Assembly: GCA_000002445.1 (NCBI GenBank) | Contig: CH464491.1 | Coordinates: 1,440,001-1,504,000, forward strand | Length of the DNA stretch: 64,000 bases | From: Trypanosoma brucei | Taxonomy: Eukaryota | Direction of reading: 5' to 3' | Shown: piece by piece, positions 1 through 11,000 of the stretch | Numbering within the stretch: the first letter of the stretch is position 1 | Layout: every line of letters begins with the position of its first letter | Translations under genes and position numbers: made by a program | The notes under the pieces: model-generated | Seen by the model: only the letters and a program-made list of their open reading frames with translations | What the model was told of the DNA's origin: nothing | The model's database searches: none

Positions 1-22
1 CGGCTCATCTGTCAGTGAGCAT

Positions 23-853
23 GTGCAGTGCGGCCACTGTTACCGGTACACTTGCGTGCCACTGCGCGGAGATGGGGCGGAGAGTAAAGAAGTTGACCCA
101 CTTCTCTCCCAAGTTGTGCCATGTTCTCATTGTGGCTTGGACTGCTCATGGTCACCCGAATCATGTGACGGTGTGGAGAGGATAATAGATTCGTTGAAGG
201 AAGCGACATCTTGTCCATCGTATTATGAACTTCAGAAGTGGTTTCTGGTTAATGTTCGAAAAGTGAAGGAGCTTCGCGTGCACCCGGAGCACTGGCTGTA
301 CCGCATGCTGCTCTACTACTTTTGTTTTGTTGTTACTCCTTACATAGATGATGCGTTCGTGGGTTACCAAAGGGTTGGGTGGGGGGCGCCTAATGTTGGC
401 ATGTTGTTGCTCAACTTCGGGTTCTGCTCTGAATATAGTCTGCCCAGTGAAGGCGATTGTGGGACTGTGAGGTGCAATGATCCTAACACCGGTAATGTAA
501 CCAACAATGGCTCTCATGACACCGATTCTATCATGGATGGAAAGGTACTTGGCGATACGCTATACATTCTTTGCTTACTGTGGCGGTTGATTGAACCGTT
601 TTACCCACCATATGAAGGATGGGCGGTGCATCGCGCAATATGTTACATGGTGCTCTTTGCACACACCCATCCAAAAGGAGAAATGGTCTTACCTGGGTCC
701 CTGACACTGCAGCTACTTAGCAAACATGGAAAATACATTGGAAGAAATGAATTATCTACGTGGGTTGCTGCGTATAGTCGTCACAAGCTACCAGACAGCC
801 AAAAGGGGATACTAAGCGTTAGGCAAATTAAAAAGGCAGTCGAGAAGGTGTAA
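23..853 (+). CDS. Hypothetical Cys-rich protein. It may be 5'-partial, because the reading frame is open back to the window start.
   Basis: 276-aa + strand ORF. The frame has no stop between position 2 and the first ATG at 23. It is co-oriented with all other genes. I recognised no domain. Confidence 0.35.
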   Translation: MQCGHCYRYTCVPLRGDGAESKEVDPLLSQVVPCSHCGLDCSWSPESCDGVERIIDSLKEATSCPSYYELQKWFLVNVRKVKELRVHPEHWLYRMLLYYFCFVVTPYIDDAFVGYQRVGWGAPNVGMLLLNFGFCSEYSLPSEGDCGTVRCNDPNTGNVTNNGSHDTDSIMDGKVLGDTLYILCLLWRLIEPFYPPYEGWAVHRAICYMVLFAHTHPKGEMVLPGSLTLQLLSKHGKYIGRNELSTWVAAYSRHKLPDSQKGILSVRQIKKAVEKV

Positions 854-1948
854 GGTACTTTCTCCATGAGAGCTAAAAAAAAAATCGCATATGTAAAAGT
901 TTTTCCTTCTTGCTCTTTTGTACACATATACTTCTGTATGATATTAAGTGGACCCTAGTTTTCTGTTTTGTTTTATTTGTGAGAGATTCTCAACCAGATA
1001 TTTCAGTTTATCGCTACGTTACTGGTGTCGAGTAGTAGTTGTGGTGAAGCCGAAAAGTAAAATAACCCGAACTCTCCACCGTTATCAAGTAATAATAGTG
1101 GTAATAATTACAATTCTCTCACTCTGATTTTTTTAAACTTTATCCCCCGCTTGATGTACTGTGGTTCCTTTCCCACTTATCATTTTCTTCCTCCATTTTC
1201 CGTTTCTTATGTTTTTTTCTTTTTGATTACTTGTGTTGTTCTTAATTTTGTTGGTACCAAACTACACATCATGTTGTGCGGTCGCGAAAATATATGAGTT
1301 TGCGTATCTGTATGTGCTGTTGCCTCGGCCTGGGGATGGACCATCCTCCTTTCTTTCAGCCCCCCTCTGCAGCGAGCTTTGGTCCTGCACACATGAATTA
1401 AAGAGAGCGAAATGAATGGGGAACAAAAAAAATAATAATAAAAGGTACATGGTGGCGTCTATGTGTTAGGCCACTGCGCTATCATTGATTGCACGGAGGA
1501 TGGTGAATTTTTTTTTTTGGTGCGGAGTTGTGTTGTTGAGTTGTCACACTCTGCGATCACTTCCGTGTGTTATGAAGTTTGCCCGCTTTTTCGCCTGCTC
1601 TGCTACCTGGGCATTCTTCAGTTGGACTCGTTCGCGTTGTGGCTGCGTGCTCTGATGTGGCTGCGTGTAATAGTCGTAATATGCTCGTGTAGTGATTCTG
1701 ACTAATCACGTTTCTTATACTGATACATTTTTTCTTTTCTTTTCAACATTGAGCCATACTCCGTGTATGGCGGTTACCTTTTATACAATAACTGGATACA
1801 TTCATTTCACTTTTCTCTCTTATTTGCTGACGCCTTTTTCGACGCCCCGGGCGAAGCTATGCGGTCACCATGGTATTGTTATGTGCCAGCGTTACGTTAT
1901 TAGAGGAAACCCATGCATAGGTTATAAGTTTTGCTTGTAATCATCACC

Positions 1949-2017
1949 TCCTTCTCTGCTCCCTACTGCCATCGTCTCTCCAATTTTTTCTTTTTTCTTC
2001 TTCTTATTTTTTTTTTG
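1949..2017 (+). promoter_or_regulatory. Polypyrimidine tract plus AG, a putative trans-splice acceptor signal for the downstream gene.
   Basis: An almost pure C/T run of about 70 nt, with AG at 2019-2020, lies about 30 nt upstream of the ATG at 2048. The ORF-track start at 1931 would translate this tract (MLVIITSF...FFFFLLLIFF), which is not plausible coding sequence. Confidence 0.5.
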
Positions 2018-2047
2018 AAGGCGCTGGAAGTTGGTGCGGGAAATCTG

Positions 2048-3883
2048 ATGGTGGAACTTACAGTGTACGAAGGTCATGATGTTTTTCTCCAGAACGCCGT
2101 GCGGTTGCACATTCCTTGCAAGGTTGATACGATTGAAGGACTTCTGTCACTAGTTGGTAGGGCAGTAGCATCCTCCCCTGGAGGCCCTTCAGCGGCAAGG
2201 AGGTATCGTTTTGTTTACTCGTTAGATGGCTCGCCTTTGAGGAGCGTCGATGAATGCCTTGAGGTGGGAACGGTGATCGTAAGCTGCACGCCTGGGTTTC
2301 AAAAACGCAAACATCATGTCGAGTCACCGTCCAACCCGGTACTTGACTTGCTCAACAGGAAAGGGTATGAAACATATAGTGCTGCGGAGAGCCGAGGCTT
2401 GTCCGCCACTCCTCCATCCCACGACGGTTTCGTGCCGATTTCTTTCCAACAACATTCAGTTTCTCGCGCATCCCCAAAATATGTTTTCTGCGATAGTAAT
2501 CCTGGGCCTATTCCCAATTTTTCGTCAATTGGGGGAGCTTCCGTGGAATGGGGTGGAGTGTCCTGCCGTGTTGGGGATGAGAGGATTGTTCTTCCACCAA
2601 CACCCAGTTTTGACGTACCGTTTCCCGACATGAATTTAGACATATCGCACGCTGAACGCGTCGCTGCTGTGAAAACGCTGATAACACTGAAACTGTGCGG
2701 GCGTTCCTTCTTGAATGACGAACTTCTTTTCGAAAAAGAGCTTGAGGAGGTATTTCGACCTATTGTTGCAGAACAGGCCTCGTGTCCATCGTGGAGGGAT
2801 CAGACTTTAGATCGACCTCCCCCTCATGTAGTGGTGGATGGCCCCCCAAAAAGTGGTGTTTCGACTTCCCTGGCGTATTACAGTTCCATGCTGGTCTCGT
2901 CGGCGGCGAGTCGGTATGCCACATTTCTGATATTGCCGCTGAACTTTGAGCTTCTATTTGACGGATCGTTGGGCATTTCATCTTACAGTGCAAATCGTCA
3001 TTTGAGGGGGAGTAAAAGTGCAAATTATAATGATGCAAGAACTCAGTCACTACTTTTGGACGTTCCGTTCTTCTATATGACAGTAGTTCGTGCTCTCATA
3101 GACTCTGTTGTTGCTCAACGCCCTAGTGTGCGTAACTGTTCCACGGCACTTGTGGAAATGTGGGAACAACTTATCAAAACAACCGCAGGCAGCGGGGTTC
3201 GTTTGAACACATGCGAGGTCGCGCACGCCGTTGGGCACTCTGCGCTTTATAGATGGGAGACATTTGCCGCCCCTGCTTCCCAGATACTGAGGGCTGCCAA
3301 ATTGAACCCACGCGACATGAAACTACGTGATGCCGTGTTGGAATTAGTGCTAGTGGAGCTCGTAGCGCAGGTCGCTTCAGCACTTCACTTTTCCGGTGTT
3401 GTGTATGTGGTTGACGGACTGCGGCCGCTTGCACGTTCGTTGTGCGACCGATTGAGGCGACCGGGTGGAGATGCAGCTGTTTTCCTGGACCGAGTTGCAC
3501 AACGGTCATGGGTTCATCTTGCCGTTGGTGTTGATTCCCTTTCGACCCAGGTGTTAGAATCCGCTCTGCTTACTCGGGTGCGCCGCGTCAAACTTCTCCG
3601 TATGCTTTCCGTGGAATATGTAACGAAGATGTACGGGTTCCCCAAGGCTATACACTGTGGCAGCAATAAGTATCCACTTGAGATGTTTCTTGGAACACCT
3701 GGTTACCTGCGAATGGTGCACGACCTTCTGCGCTCGTGTGAAGGTCGTAAGGCTCACAAGGGAGATTCGGACGGTTACGCTGTTCGGATTGAAGATTTGG
3801 ATGTCTCTAACGCCCTGCTGGAATTTGAAGCGGTGCGAAAGTTGGGACAGGATACGCAAAAAGAAATGTGGTCATTGTCGTGA
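2048..3883 (+). CDS. Hypothetical protein with an N-terminal doublecortin-like (DCX, ubiquitin-like fold) domain.
   Basis: 612 aa from the ATG at 2048. Residues ~3-95 (ELTVYEGHDVFLQNAVRLHIPCKVDTIEGLLSLV...RRYRFVYSLDGSPLRSVDECLEVGTVIVSCT) follow the DCX-repeat pattern (R-Y-hydrophobic-hydrophobic ... DGS ... SVDEL-EVG ... hydrophobic ... C). Downstream there is a degenerate P-loop-like stretch, VVVDGPPKSGVSTS. Confidence 0.55.
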   Translation: MVELTVYEGHDVFLQNAVRLHIPCKVDTIEGLLSLVGRAVASSPGGPSAARRYRFVYSLDGSPLRSVDECLEVGTVIVSCTPGFQKRKHHVESPSNPVLDLLNRKGYETYSAAESRGLSATPPSHDGFVPISFQQHSVSRASPKYVFCDSNPGPIPNFSSIGGASVEWGGVSCRVGDERIVLPPTPSFDVPFPDMNLDISHAERVAAVKTLITLKLCGRSFLNDELLFEKELEEVFRPIVAEQASCPSWRDQTLDRPPPHVVVDGPPKSGVSTSLAYYSSMLVSSAASRYATFLILPLNFELLFDGSLGISSYSANRHLRGSKSANYNDARTQSLLLDVPFFYMTVVRALIDSVVAQRPSVRNCSTALVEMWEQLIKTTAGSGVRLNTCEVAHAVGHSALYRWETFAAPASQILRAAKLNPRDMKLRDAVLELVLVELVAQVASALHFSGVVYVVDGLRPLARSLCDRLRRPGGDAAVFLDRVAQRSWVHLAVGVDSLSTQVLESALLTRVRRVKLLRMLSVEYVTKMYGFPKAIHCGSNKYPLEMFLGTPGYLRMVHDLLRSCEGRKAHKGDSDGYAVRIEDLDVSNALLEFEAVRKLGQDTQKEMWSLS

Positions 3884-4464
3884 TGTGTGACATTCTCTTC
3901 TTTTATCCATGTTCGGTTAACTCATTTGAGTATCCAATATCTGCGTTACTTTCCACCACACCTTGCGTACGAGCCGTTGCTACAATACCTACGTATGATA
4001 CGTTGCCATAGATGTTGTTGATGAAGATTTTTAAAATATATATTCGCTTCCTTTTGGGCTCATATATCGCCTTCTTAGTTGTTTTTTTTTTTAAAAGACA
4101 TTTCCCTTTGCTTTCTTTACCTCCTTTCTGCCTCAACTGTTCTTACCATCACTTTCGCATTGGACGTGCATGGTCACGATGTTGATGATGGACTCGTGTG
4201 TTTTCTGTGCTACCGGGATTGTCTCGAAGCGCCACTAAGATTACTTGTTATATCCATCATTAATTTGCTTCTTTTCTCCCCGAGCGTTTGTATCAAAAGA
4301 GTTTCAAAGAGGTCAAAAAGAAAGCACCGGCAGGCTATAAGCGTATCGTTTCGCCGCGAAGTGAAGGGCAATATACACCAGGGTGCAGATAAACCTACCT
4401 GTATACTAGCTTTTGCTATCGGTGTGAGCTTTGCATCGTGCGGGAATAATCTCCTCGCTGCTGT

Positions 4465-5403
4465 TTGTTCCATATGCCCAGTTGGTGTCTTATTGAAAGC
4501 GATCCAGCGGTTTTCACGGAGCTTATCCAACGGTTCGGCGCCCAAGGCGTGGCCGTTGAGGAAATCGTACAGCTTGAGCAGGAGTATCTACGCGTCCACA
4601 CTAATGTCTACGGTCTGATTCTTCTTTTCAAATGGAAAGCAAGGAAGGAAGGTGCTGCGACTGATGGTGTAGTCGTTCCAGATGCCCCTGTATTTTTCGT
4701 CCAGCAGACTGTTAACAACGCCTGTGCCACGCTTTCCATCGTGAATATTCTCCTGAACCACAAGGAGAGTATTGAACTTGGGGAGGTGTTAGGCAATTTT
4801 CTCTCCTTCACCCAGGACATGAATCCGTATCTTCGAGGCACGCAAGTGGGCGAGTGTGATGCCCTTCGTGAGGCTCACAACTCTTTTGCGCCGGTGGAAC
4901 TCTTCTCTTTAGACCATAGTGTGCCTGATGCAGGCGATGCATACCACTTTGTTTCGTTTGTGTACAAGAACAGTGCCATATGGGAACTAGATGGGCTTCA
5001 GGAGGGACCTATTCTCGCCTCCGATGCTAGTGATGAGAACTACAGGGACAAACTGATGGAAGTTGTGCGGAAACGCATCAGGGATCACAGCGCTGAGGAC
5101 ACGACAGGAGCTGGGCAGGGGATTTCCTTCTCTCTCATGGCTGTGGTTGATGATCCCCTTGTATTGTTGGAGAGGAGAATATACGAAGCGACACTACAGG
5201 AGGCCCCCACGCATTATTTGGAGGAGCAGTTGAATCAACTGACGAAACAGCGTGCGCGTGAAAAACTCGAAAACCAGCGCAGGCGTCATAATTACGTTCC
5301 TATGATCGTGGAGTTGTTGAAGGCACTCGCTGAGAAGGGGCAGTTGAAGGGGATCTTGGACGATGCGCTCGCAAAAAAAAGTGGTCAAGGGGCTAAGCAG
5401 TAG
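4465..5403 (+). CDS. Ubiquitin C-terminal hydrolase, peptidase family C12, UCH37/UCHL5-like.
   Basis: 312 aa. WCLIESDPAVFTELIQRFG, QTVNNACATLSIVNILLN (the catalytic Cys box), HFVSFV and WELDGL (the His box) all align with human UCHL5. The C-terminal KEKE/ULD-like tail (RRRHNYVPMIVELLKALAE) matches the UCH37 C-terminal extension. Confidence 0.9.
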   Translation: MFHMPSWCLIESDPAVFTELIQRFGAQGVAVEEIVQLEQEYLRVHTNVYGLILLFKWKARKEGAATDGVVVPDAPVFFVQQTVNNACATLSIVNILLNHKESIELGEVLGNFLSFTQDMNPYLRGTQVGECDALREAHNSFAPVELFSLDHSVPDAGDAYHFVSFVYKNSAIWELDGLQEGPILASDASDENYRDKLMEVVRKRIRDHSAEDTTGAGQGISFSLMAVVDDPLVLLERRIYEATLQEAPTHYLEEQLNQLTKQRAREKLENQRRRHNYVPMIVELLKALAEKGQLKGILDDALAKKSGQGAKQ

Positions 5404-5770
5404 AGCGACATGTGGAGATTCCAAATACATCCAACATAACACGAATTTATGTGCCCGGATGTCATTGGCATAACTTCTTAGCCCTTAGAGAGAAAAAAGA
5501 AAGAAGACTGAGGAGGGAGGATAAGTTGTTCTGGAGGACGACAAGCAGCCGGTAAGGGCAAATCGGTGCTATCTTTGCATATATATGCGTGATTGTTTGT
5601 GCCACTAGGGATAAATTAAAAATAGTGTATAATACTGTTTATTTACCGATGTTTCCCTGTTTCCATCGTCCCTTTGTGTCACGCTTTCCATCTCCATCGT
5701 GTTTGTTTTGCAACCTACTTGGTGAGGTAGTTTCGCAGCCTGAGTCTGTGAGGTATCTTGTGTCGAAGAA

Positions 5771-7357
5771 ATGGATAAGGCATTGTGTACCTCTCTGAGT
5801 TGCCAGTCGCGCCCAAAGCGATGCCGTGGGAGTGACAACCCACAATTTGGCACTAGCTTTTCATCAGGAAGCAACGTCCCTGAGATGTCTTTGTTGTCCA
5901 GCGCTGTGCAGCAGGCTGTTGAGAAGGTGTTTTCGGAACATGCTAGTGATGTGGGCTCGGAATTGTTGAGCGATGAAATTTTTACTTCATCAGTGTGTAG
6001 GGCAATATTACCTTCAGAGGACGGAGCGAAGCCACTGAGTGATCAGGAATTACAGCAGAGGGTTCGTTCGTGTTTGGAGGTTGTCCTTGCGGGAAAGGTG
6101 GATGAAGAGAGGCAGTTACTAGTTTCCGAGGCACTTACGCACCAGTTAGCGGAGGTACTGCTCAAAGCACCTCCTTTGATCGCTGCGACTGGGGTGTCAC
6201 AGGAGGAAAACGTGCAGCCGGATGTCAAACGCGTACGTTCAGTGTTTGCGGGCTCTTCCATGTCCACAGTGAGAGTAGGTGTGGCACCCGTGGGGAAGGT
6301 GAATTCCTCAGGGTCCCTGTTGCCGCCACCGGCGCCGCTTTCGAGCGTTTTTTCGGGGAGTGCTGTTTATCCTGTTCGCGTTGTCGCGTTCCACAATTTG
6401 CCCTCGAAGTACTGCGAAAAGGAGGCACTAAAGGAACAGCTCGCCGAGATATGCGCTCGAATACCCCATTCATACTATCTGAACGTCCACTGCGTCCAAT
6501 CTGAACACAAAGCTATTGCCTCATTTGGTACGAAAGAGGCGGCTGCTGCGGTGGCATTTATAGTCAACACATCAGGCATACATGCCCCACAGACGGACGG
6601 CAAGGATGCGGGCGCACCGACTGTTTCTGCACAACCGGCGACTGAAGAAGAGCAGGAGGCGGTGTGGGCCCCTCTTGTCGAGCAAGTGAAGGCATTGGAG
6701 GAGAGTTGGTCCTCTTGGGACGAAAAGTTTCGGGCAAACCCGCCATATAAACTTTATCAGGAGTGGGTGGAAGCGAAAAACAGAGGTGTTGGCCTGGACG
6801 AGGCCCTGCAGCAACTTACCGCTACCAATAAAGTTAGTGAGGGACAGGTGACAGACACTGCTAGTTACGGAGTAGTTGAGAGCGGCACCGCTACCGTGGG
6901 TTTAACACAAGAAGGTTTGCAGAAGAAGTTGGTGCTTCTTCAGGGTCGGCTGGAGTGTAAAAAAATTATCGAGCGGACTGAAGAATGCATGAGGGAGTTA
7001 CTTGGGGACACATTTAGTGGAAGCCTTGAACGCGCTTGTTCTGGACCCACGCACTCCACTAGTAGTGCAACACTATCAAATCCACGTAAGGCTCTCTTCA
7101 TCTATGACCTGCCGCGACCCTTCGATGACGTTGAGTTGGTGCGATTTCTTCAATATGTTGGCGTAGAACCTGTCCACATTTGGCGAAATTCGGCAGTACC
7201 AACAACAGTTTGTGTCGAACTACCGTCCATCGGTCGGGTATTTACAGTCCTTCGGCAACTGGATGGCACTAACATGAAATTCGCAGGCGCAACCTTCTCC
7301 CGTAAATACGCCTCCACCCCTCAAAACGCGTCTTCCTGTCCATTAACAGTGACATAA
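5771..7357 (+). CDS. Hypothetical protein, possibly RNA-binding, with two weak RRM-like segments.
   Basis: 528-aa ORF. The segments VRVVAFHNLPSKYCEKEALKEQLAEI...AIASFGTKEAAAAVAFI and ALFIYDLPRPFDDVELVRFLQYVGVEPVHIWRN...TVCVELPSIGRVFTVLRQLDGTNMKFAG resemble the RRM beta-alpha-beta topology. No canonical RNP1 is present. The true start may be the downstream Met at ~5886. Confidence 0.5.
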   Translation: MDKALCTSLSCQSRPKRCRGSDNPQFGTSFSSGSNVPEMSLLSSAVQQAVEKVFSEHASDVGSELLSDEIFTSSVCRAILPSEDGAKPLSDQELQQRVRSCLEVVLAGKVDEERQLLVSEALTHQLAEVLLKAPPLIAATGVSQEENVQPDVKRVRSVFAGSSMSTVRVGVAPVGKVNSSGSLLPPPAPLSSVFSGSAVYPVRVVAFHNLPSKYCEKEALKEQLAEICARIPHSYYLNVHCVQSEHKAIASFGTKEAAAAVAFIVNTSGIHAPQTDGKDAGAPTVSAQPATEEEQEAVWAPLVEQVKALEESWSSWDEKFRANPPYKLYQEWVEAKNRGVGLDEALQQLTATNKVSEGQVTDTASYGVVESGTATVGLTQEGLQKKLVLLQGRLECKKIIERTEECMRELLGDTFSGSLERACSGPTHSTSSATLSNPRKALFIYDLPRPFDDVELVRFLQYVGVEPVHIWRNSAVPTTVCVELPSIGRVFTVLRQLDGTNMKFAGATFSRKYASTPQNASSCPLTVT

Positions 7358-7700
7358 CTACCCGATTCATAACTGTCGCCTTTTTGTCCAAGCACAAAAG
7401 TTCTGCTGTTACTCATCTCGTTTAAGAGGTTGCTACTGCCGTAATCTCTTGACTACCTGCTTTCTTTTCCTCTCCTAACGCGGCAGAAGCAGTGTTGGTG
7501 TAGAAGGTTGCAGAGAGGTGCATGCGAGGTGGAACGAAAGTTAAGATGCTGTTGCGTCTGTTGGTATTACCCTTGGTGTTGGTGGACTACGTTATTTCTC
7601 ACGTCTTACTTACCCACAGGGCCAAATGTCGGAGGCGGCGATGTGACAAATAGGTTTTCTGGGGTGAGATGGTACTTGAAGAAAGCAAAAGTTGTATATG

Positions 7701-7725
7701 ATATATATATATATATATATATATA
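7701..7725. repeat. (AT)n microsatellite, about 12 units.
   Basis: A pure atatat... run in the intergenic region between the genes at 5771 and 8055. Confidence 0.95.
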
Positions 7726-8054
7726 GGTGAAAAAGAAAGGGGTATCGGAACAGGAATGATCGGTTTATTCACATCTTTCTGCATTGTGTTGTGCTTGTGC
7801 GTAATCATTTTTTTTTTTGAAACTAGCAACTCCAATGGTTGGCTCGAGGCTTTTTGTTCGTGCCATCCTTTGGTATCCCTTACTTTGCTAGAAAATGTTC
7901 CGCATATTGCTTCATGTTTCTTTTTAACGTTTTCCCACGACCTTTTCCTTTTCTTGTGTCTTTATTTTCTTCAACAATGTGTTTGTTTGTGTGTCTTGTT
8001 TAATAGATGGACCTGTATACAGGTGTATAGAAGCCACCATTAACCACACATTAC

Positions 8055-11000
8055 TTGGTTGTTGCGCAAGAGGAATACAAGACGCAACCTCTTTTGCGGC
8101 GGCGACTAGTGCTGTTGCAGGGCTTTCCGCCCTTGGAAGTGACAAAACGATTTGGTGGTTGCGCTTTGGGGACCGGATGTGGAGCACCCGACAAACCTGG
8201 AAATTATAAACGTAATGATCGACCAAGTTTCGCTCTTCCACACGATTCCATACTTCGAACAAGGCGGTGGCTTAGCGTTGTTTGTAACCGTCACGTACTG
8301 GAACGCGAGGGTTACGTTGACTCAGTGCGTGAGTTGGGTGCATTCATAGTTTGCTCGGCTTATTGTGCCGACGATACAGCTTGTATGAAGGAGTTAAACG
8401 CCATTCTTCATGTATTGCACACTGACGCATTGTTGGCACTCATGGAATATATTTTGGTATGCCATCCCCGCGTTCTATTCCATCCCGCTGTTGGTGGTGT
8501 GGGAGGGACTAGCGGCAATGAATCGCCCTTTTGCAACGCCATTCTGTCGGCAATTCTCTGCCGATGTGTTGAGCTTTCCTCCAAACACGTCGCGTTCCTG
8601 GCCGGGCTCTGCGGTTCCAATGGCATAAGCTCTTATTTGTTGCTTTTAATTCTGTACCATACGCGGCAATCATTGCGACGGACCCAGGCAACACAGGTTC
8701 TGCAGTCGCTGTGTTCCCTCGCCCTGCACCGCAAACCCATAGTGGCGGGAGAAGCCACAGCCTCCCATATTTCTGTGCAGTCCACCGTACTAAGTTCGCT
8801 GCTGGTGCGCTGCATGGAGTTGGAGGCAGTGCATGAGGGACATGATATGCGACTGTTGCTTTGCCGCGCCTTACTTCTTCACGGAAGCGATATGCAGAAG
8901 GAAATTAGAGCTGCGTGCGGTTGGTGGTGTCGAAAGGGAACCACCTCTCGCCGTCGTGCCGAGGTCCGCAACGATAGCTATATCAAAAAAGGGAATGCAT
9001 CCTTACTTTCACTTCCATTCGAGATAGAGCTAAGTGATGCTTCGTCACCTGCAGCCGCCTTCGCCGCAATGGAGGCGGCTAGTCGGCTGCTCAATTTGCC
9101 TGACGTCAACAAAGAATACTTGTTGTTGCTTGCGAGGCGTCGAGTTCTTGTTTCCTCTAGGTCGCCATCGTGTACCGGAAGCGTTGGACCGATATCAGTG
9201 AAGCTGGGACCCTCAGTTGCTTCGACTGATACCATCTCGTGTAAAGTACCTCCCGCACTCCACCAAGAGATACCAGCGGCGAAACAGCTTAAGGGTGAGG
9301 CCAGACTTTTAGGGTTGGAGGCACTGACACGGCGCTTGTTGGATGTGACACAATTACACTCGGCGGTCAGCTTGGTCGACGCCGTTCTTCAGAACTGCCC
9401 GGCCCTAAGCCAATTGCTGGTTCACCGCATTTTTCAGCTTTGTCTCGCGGAGGAGCATTGGGATGTGAGTCCGGCTGGAGTTTCCGCGGCGGAGGAACTG
9501 ACAGTGGAAGTGCTCACTGCTTTGTATCGTTTATTACCACACGTAGACGTGGCGGATACCCTGGAAGAAGTCATTATGTACTGCGGACCGGCCTGTGTGC
9601 GGTGTGAGGAGGCATGTGCACGTAGCAGCACCTCGCTGACACTGTATTATTCGCTAATCAAATGTGTCGCGTTACACATTCCGCCTGATACTCTTCCTAA
9701 ACTCTTTTGGCGGCTGCACCGTAAGCGAGAGCTTGCGGCATTTCGGGTTTCTTCAATAATGCTGCGTATTTTACTGCAATCAGTGGAGTACAGTGCCCTT
9801 GGCTCGTTCACTGCTGAAGAGGTGGGAATTGTACACAGTTTTGTGCAGCAGGAACGTACGAAAGTAGATCCATGTGTTGTAATTGAACATCAACAAGAAG
9901 GGAAAGAGTTGAAGAACAGTGACAATAGTACCACGGAGTCGAGCGGCGCTCTTCTAGATGCTATTGATGAATATACAAGGATGAGATTACAATGTGTTGG
10001 TAACTTTAAATCGTTGCCCCTCTACTTGCTAGGAAGCCCTAACGATGCTGTGGAAGGGGATTCAACGTCTGCGCAACACGCGTTTTCGGTGGCCCTGATG
10101 GACATGTTCGGTTTGAAGGCTGCAAGTTACGTTGGACCAACTGCCGTGCTGCGGTACCGGGAAATGCTGGCGTGGTTGTATGTTGTTTATCACATGTCGA
10201 TATCTGTTGGTTGCGATGTGGAAGTTCTTACAAAATTGGCCACGACGCAGGGGATGAAGCTGCGCATTAGCGAGAGGTGCAGGGTGCTGGTAGAGTTATC
10301 GGAGTCTCTAACGGATAATGTTGTCATGACTGCGTTTAGCAGCCAAGTGTTGCGACAGGAAAGTGTTGCGGAGACCCCAGGGTGGAATATATGTTTCAAG
10401 AGTTGGTTGCTTCGTCGGCAGCAAAGCCAAGCAGAGCTTCAGCATGTGCTCGCAGGGGCTGATTTTGACGAGTCAGCGGCCGCATTCATCAGCTATGTTG
10501 CACTGTCCCAGAACGATACTGCAGTTATACACCAAATCAAGCAACGTACATCGTGGACGTCTTGTGCTGCTGTTCTCCTCCGCACAGACACCGAACTGAA
10601 CAGCGAAAAGTACCGAGCTCCATTTTCAGGGGGTGAAGGCGGCGTGACATTTTGTGCCAACTTCAATATTGATAATACTTTCGGCGGCACATATGGTGGA
10701 GGTGTTGTTAGGGAACAGGTTGCACTTGTGGGTGAAGTTCTTGCGGTTGCGAGGTGTGCTATAAAGTTTGCTGAGGGGTGGTGGGACAACCCTTATTATG
10801 AAAACAGTGAGATGCCTGCAACGGCACAGCTGGCGTGTATTTGGGCTCACACCGACTTGCTTTTTCTGGAGGAAGATTGCGTTCGAAAGTTAGAACATTA
10901 CGAAGCTCTTCTACGGCTGTGTAAGGGCGAAAGGTACGTAAAGTTCCTGCAGCACTTGCCCGAAGGTACTCACTCCGATATATTTGGTCTCACTCTGGGA

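Noticed and set aside
1892-1908. acgttattagaggaaac, a weak resemblance to the spliced-leader exon core (…ACGCTATTATTAGAACAG…).
   Set aside because: Too many mismatches. No SL-RNA intron or Sm site follows, and SL RNA genes occur in dedicated tandem arrays, not singly inside a Pol II unit.
1931-2047. N-terminal 39 codons of the ORF-track call 1931-3883 (MLVIITSF…FFFFLLLIFF…).
   Set aside because: This segment is the polypyrimidine tract and AG acceptor upstream of the real ATG at 2048. Translating it gives an implausible poly-Phe/Leu peptide.
2868-2877. ccctggcgta, identical to the first 10 nt of the Pr77/'79-bp signature' of trypanosomatid ingi/L1Tc/SIDER retroposons.
   Set aside because: Only a 10-nt match that diverges immediately. 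It lies inside an intact CDS with no target-site duplication, poly(A) tail or further retroposon sequence.
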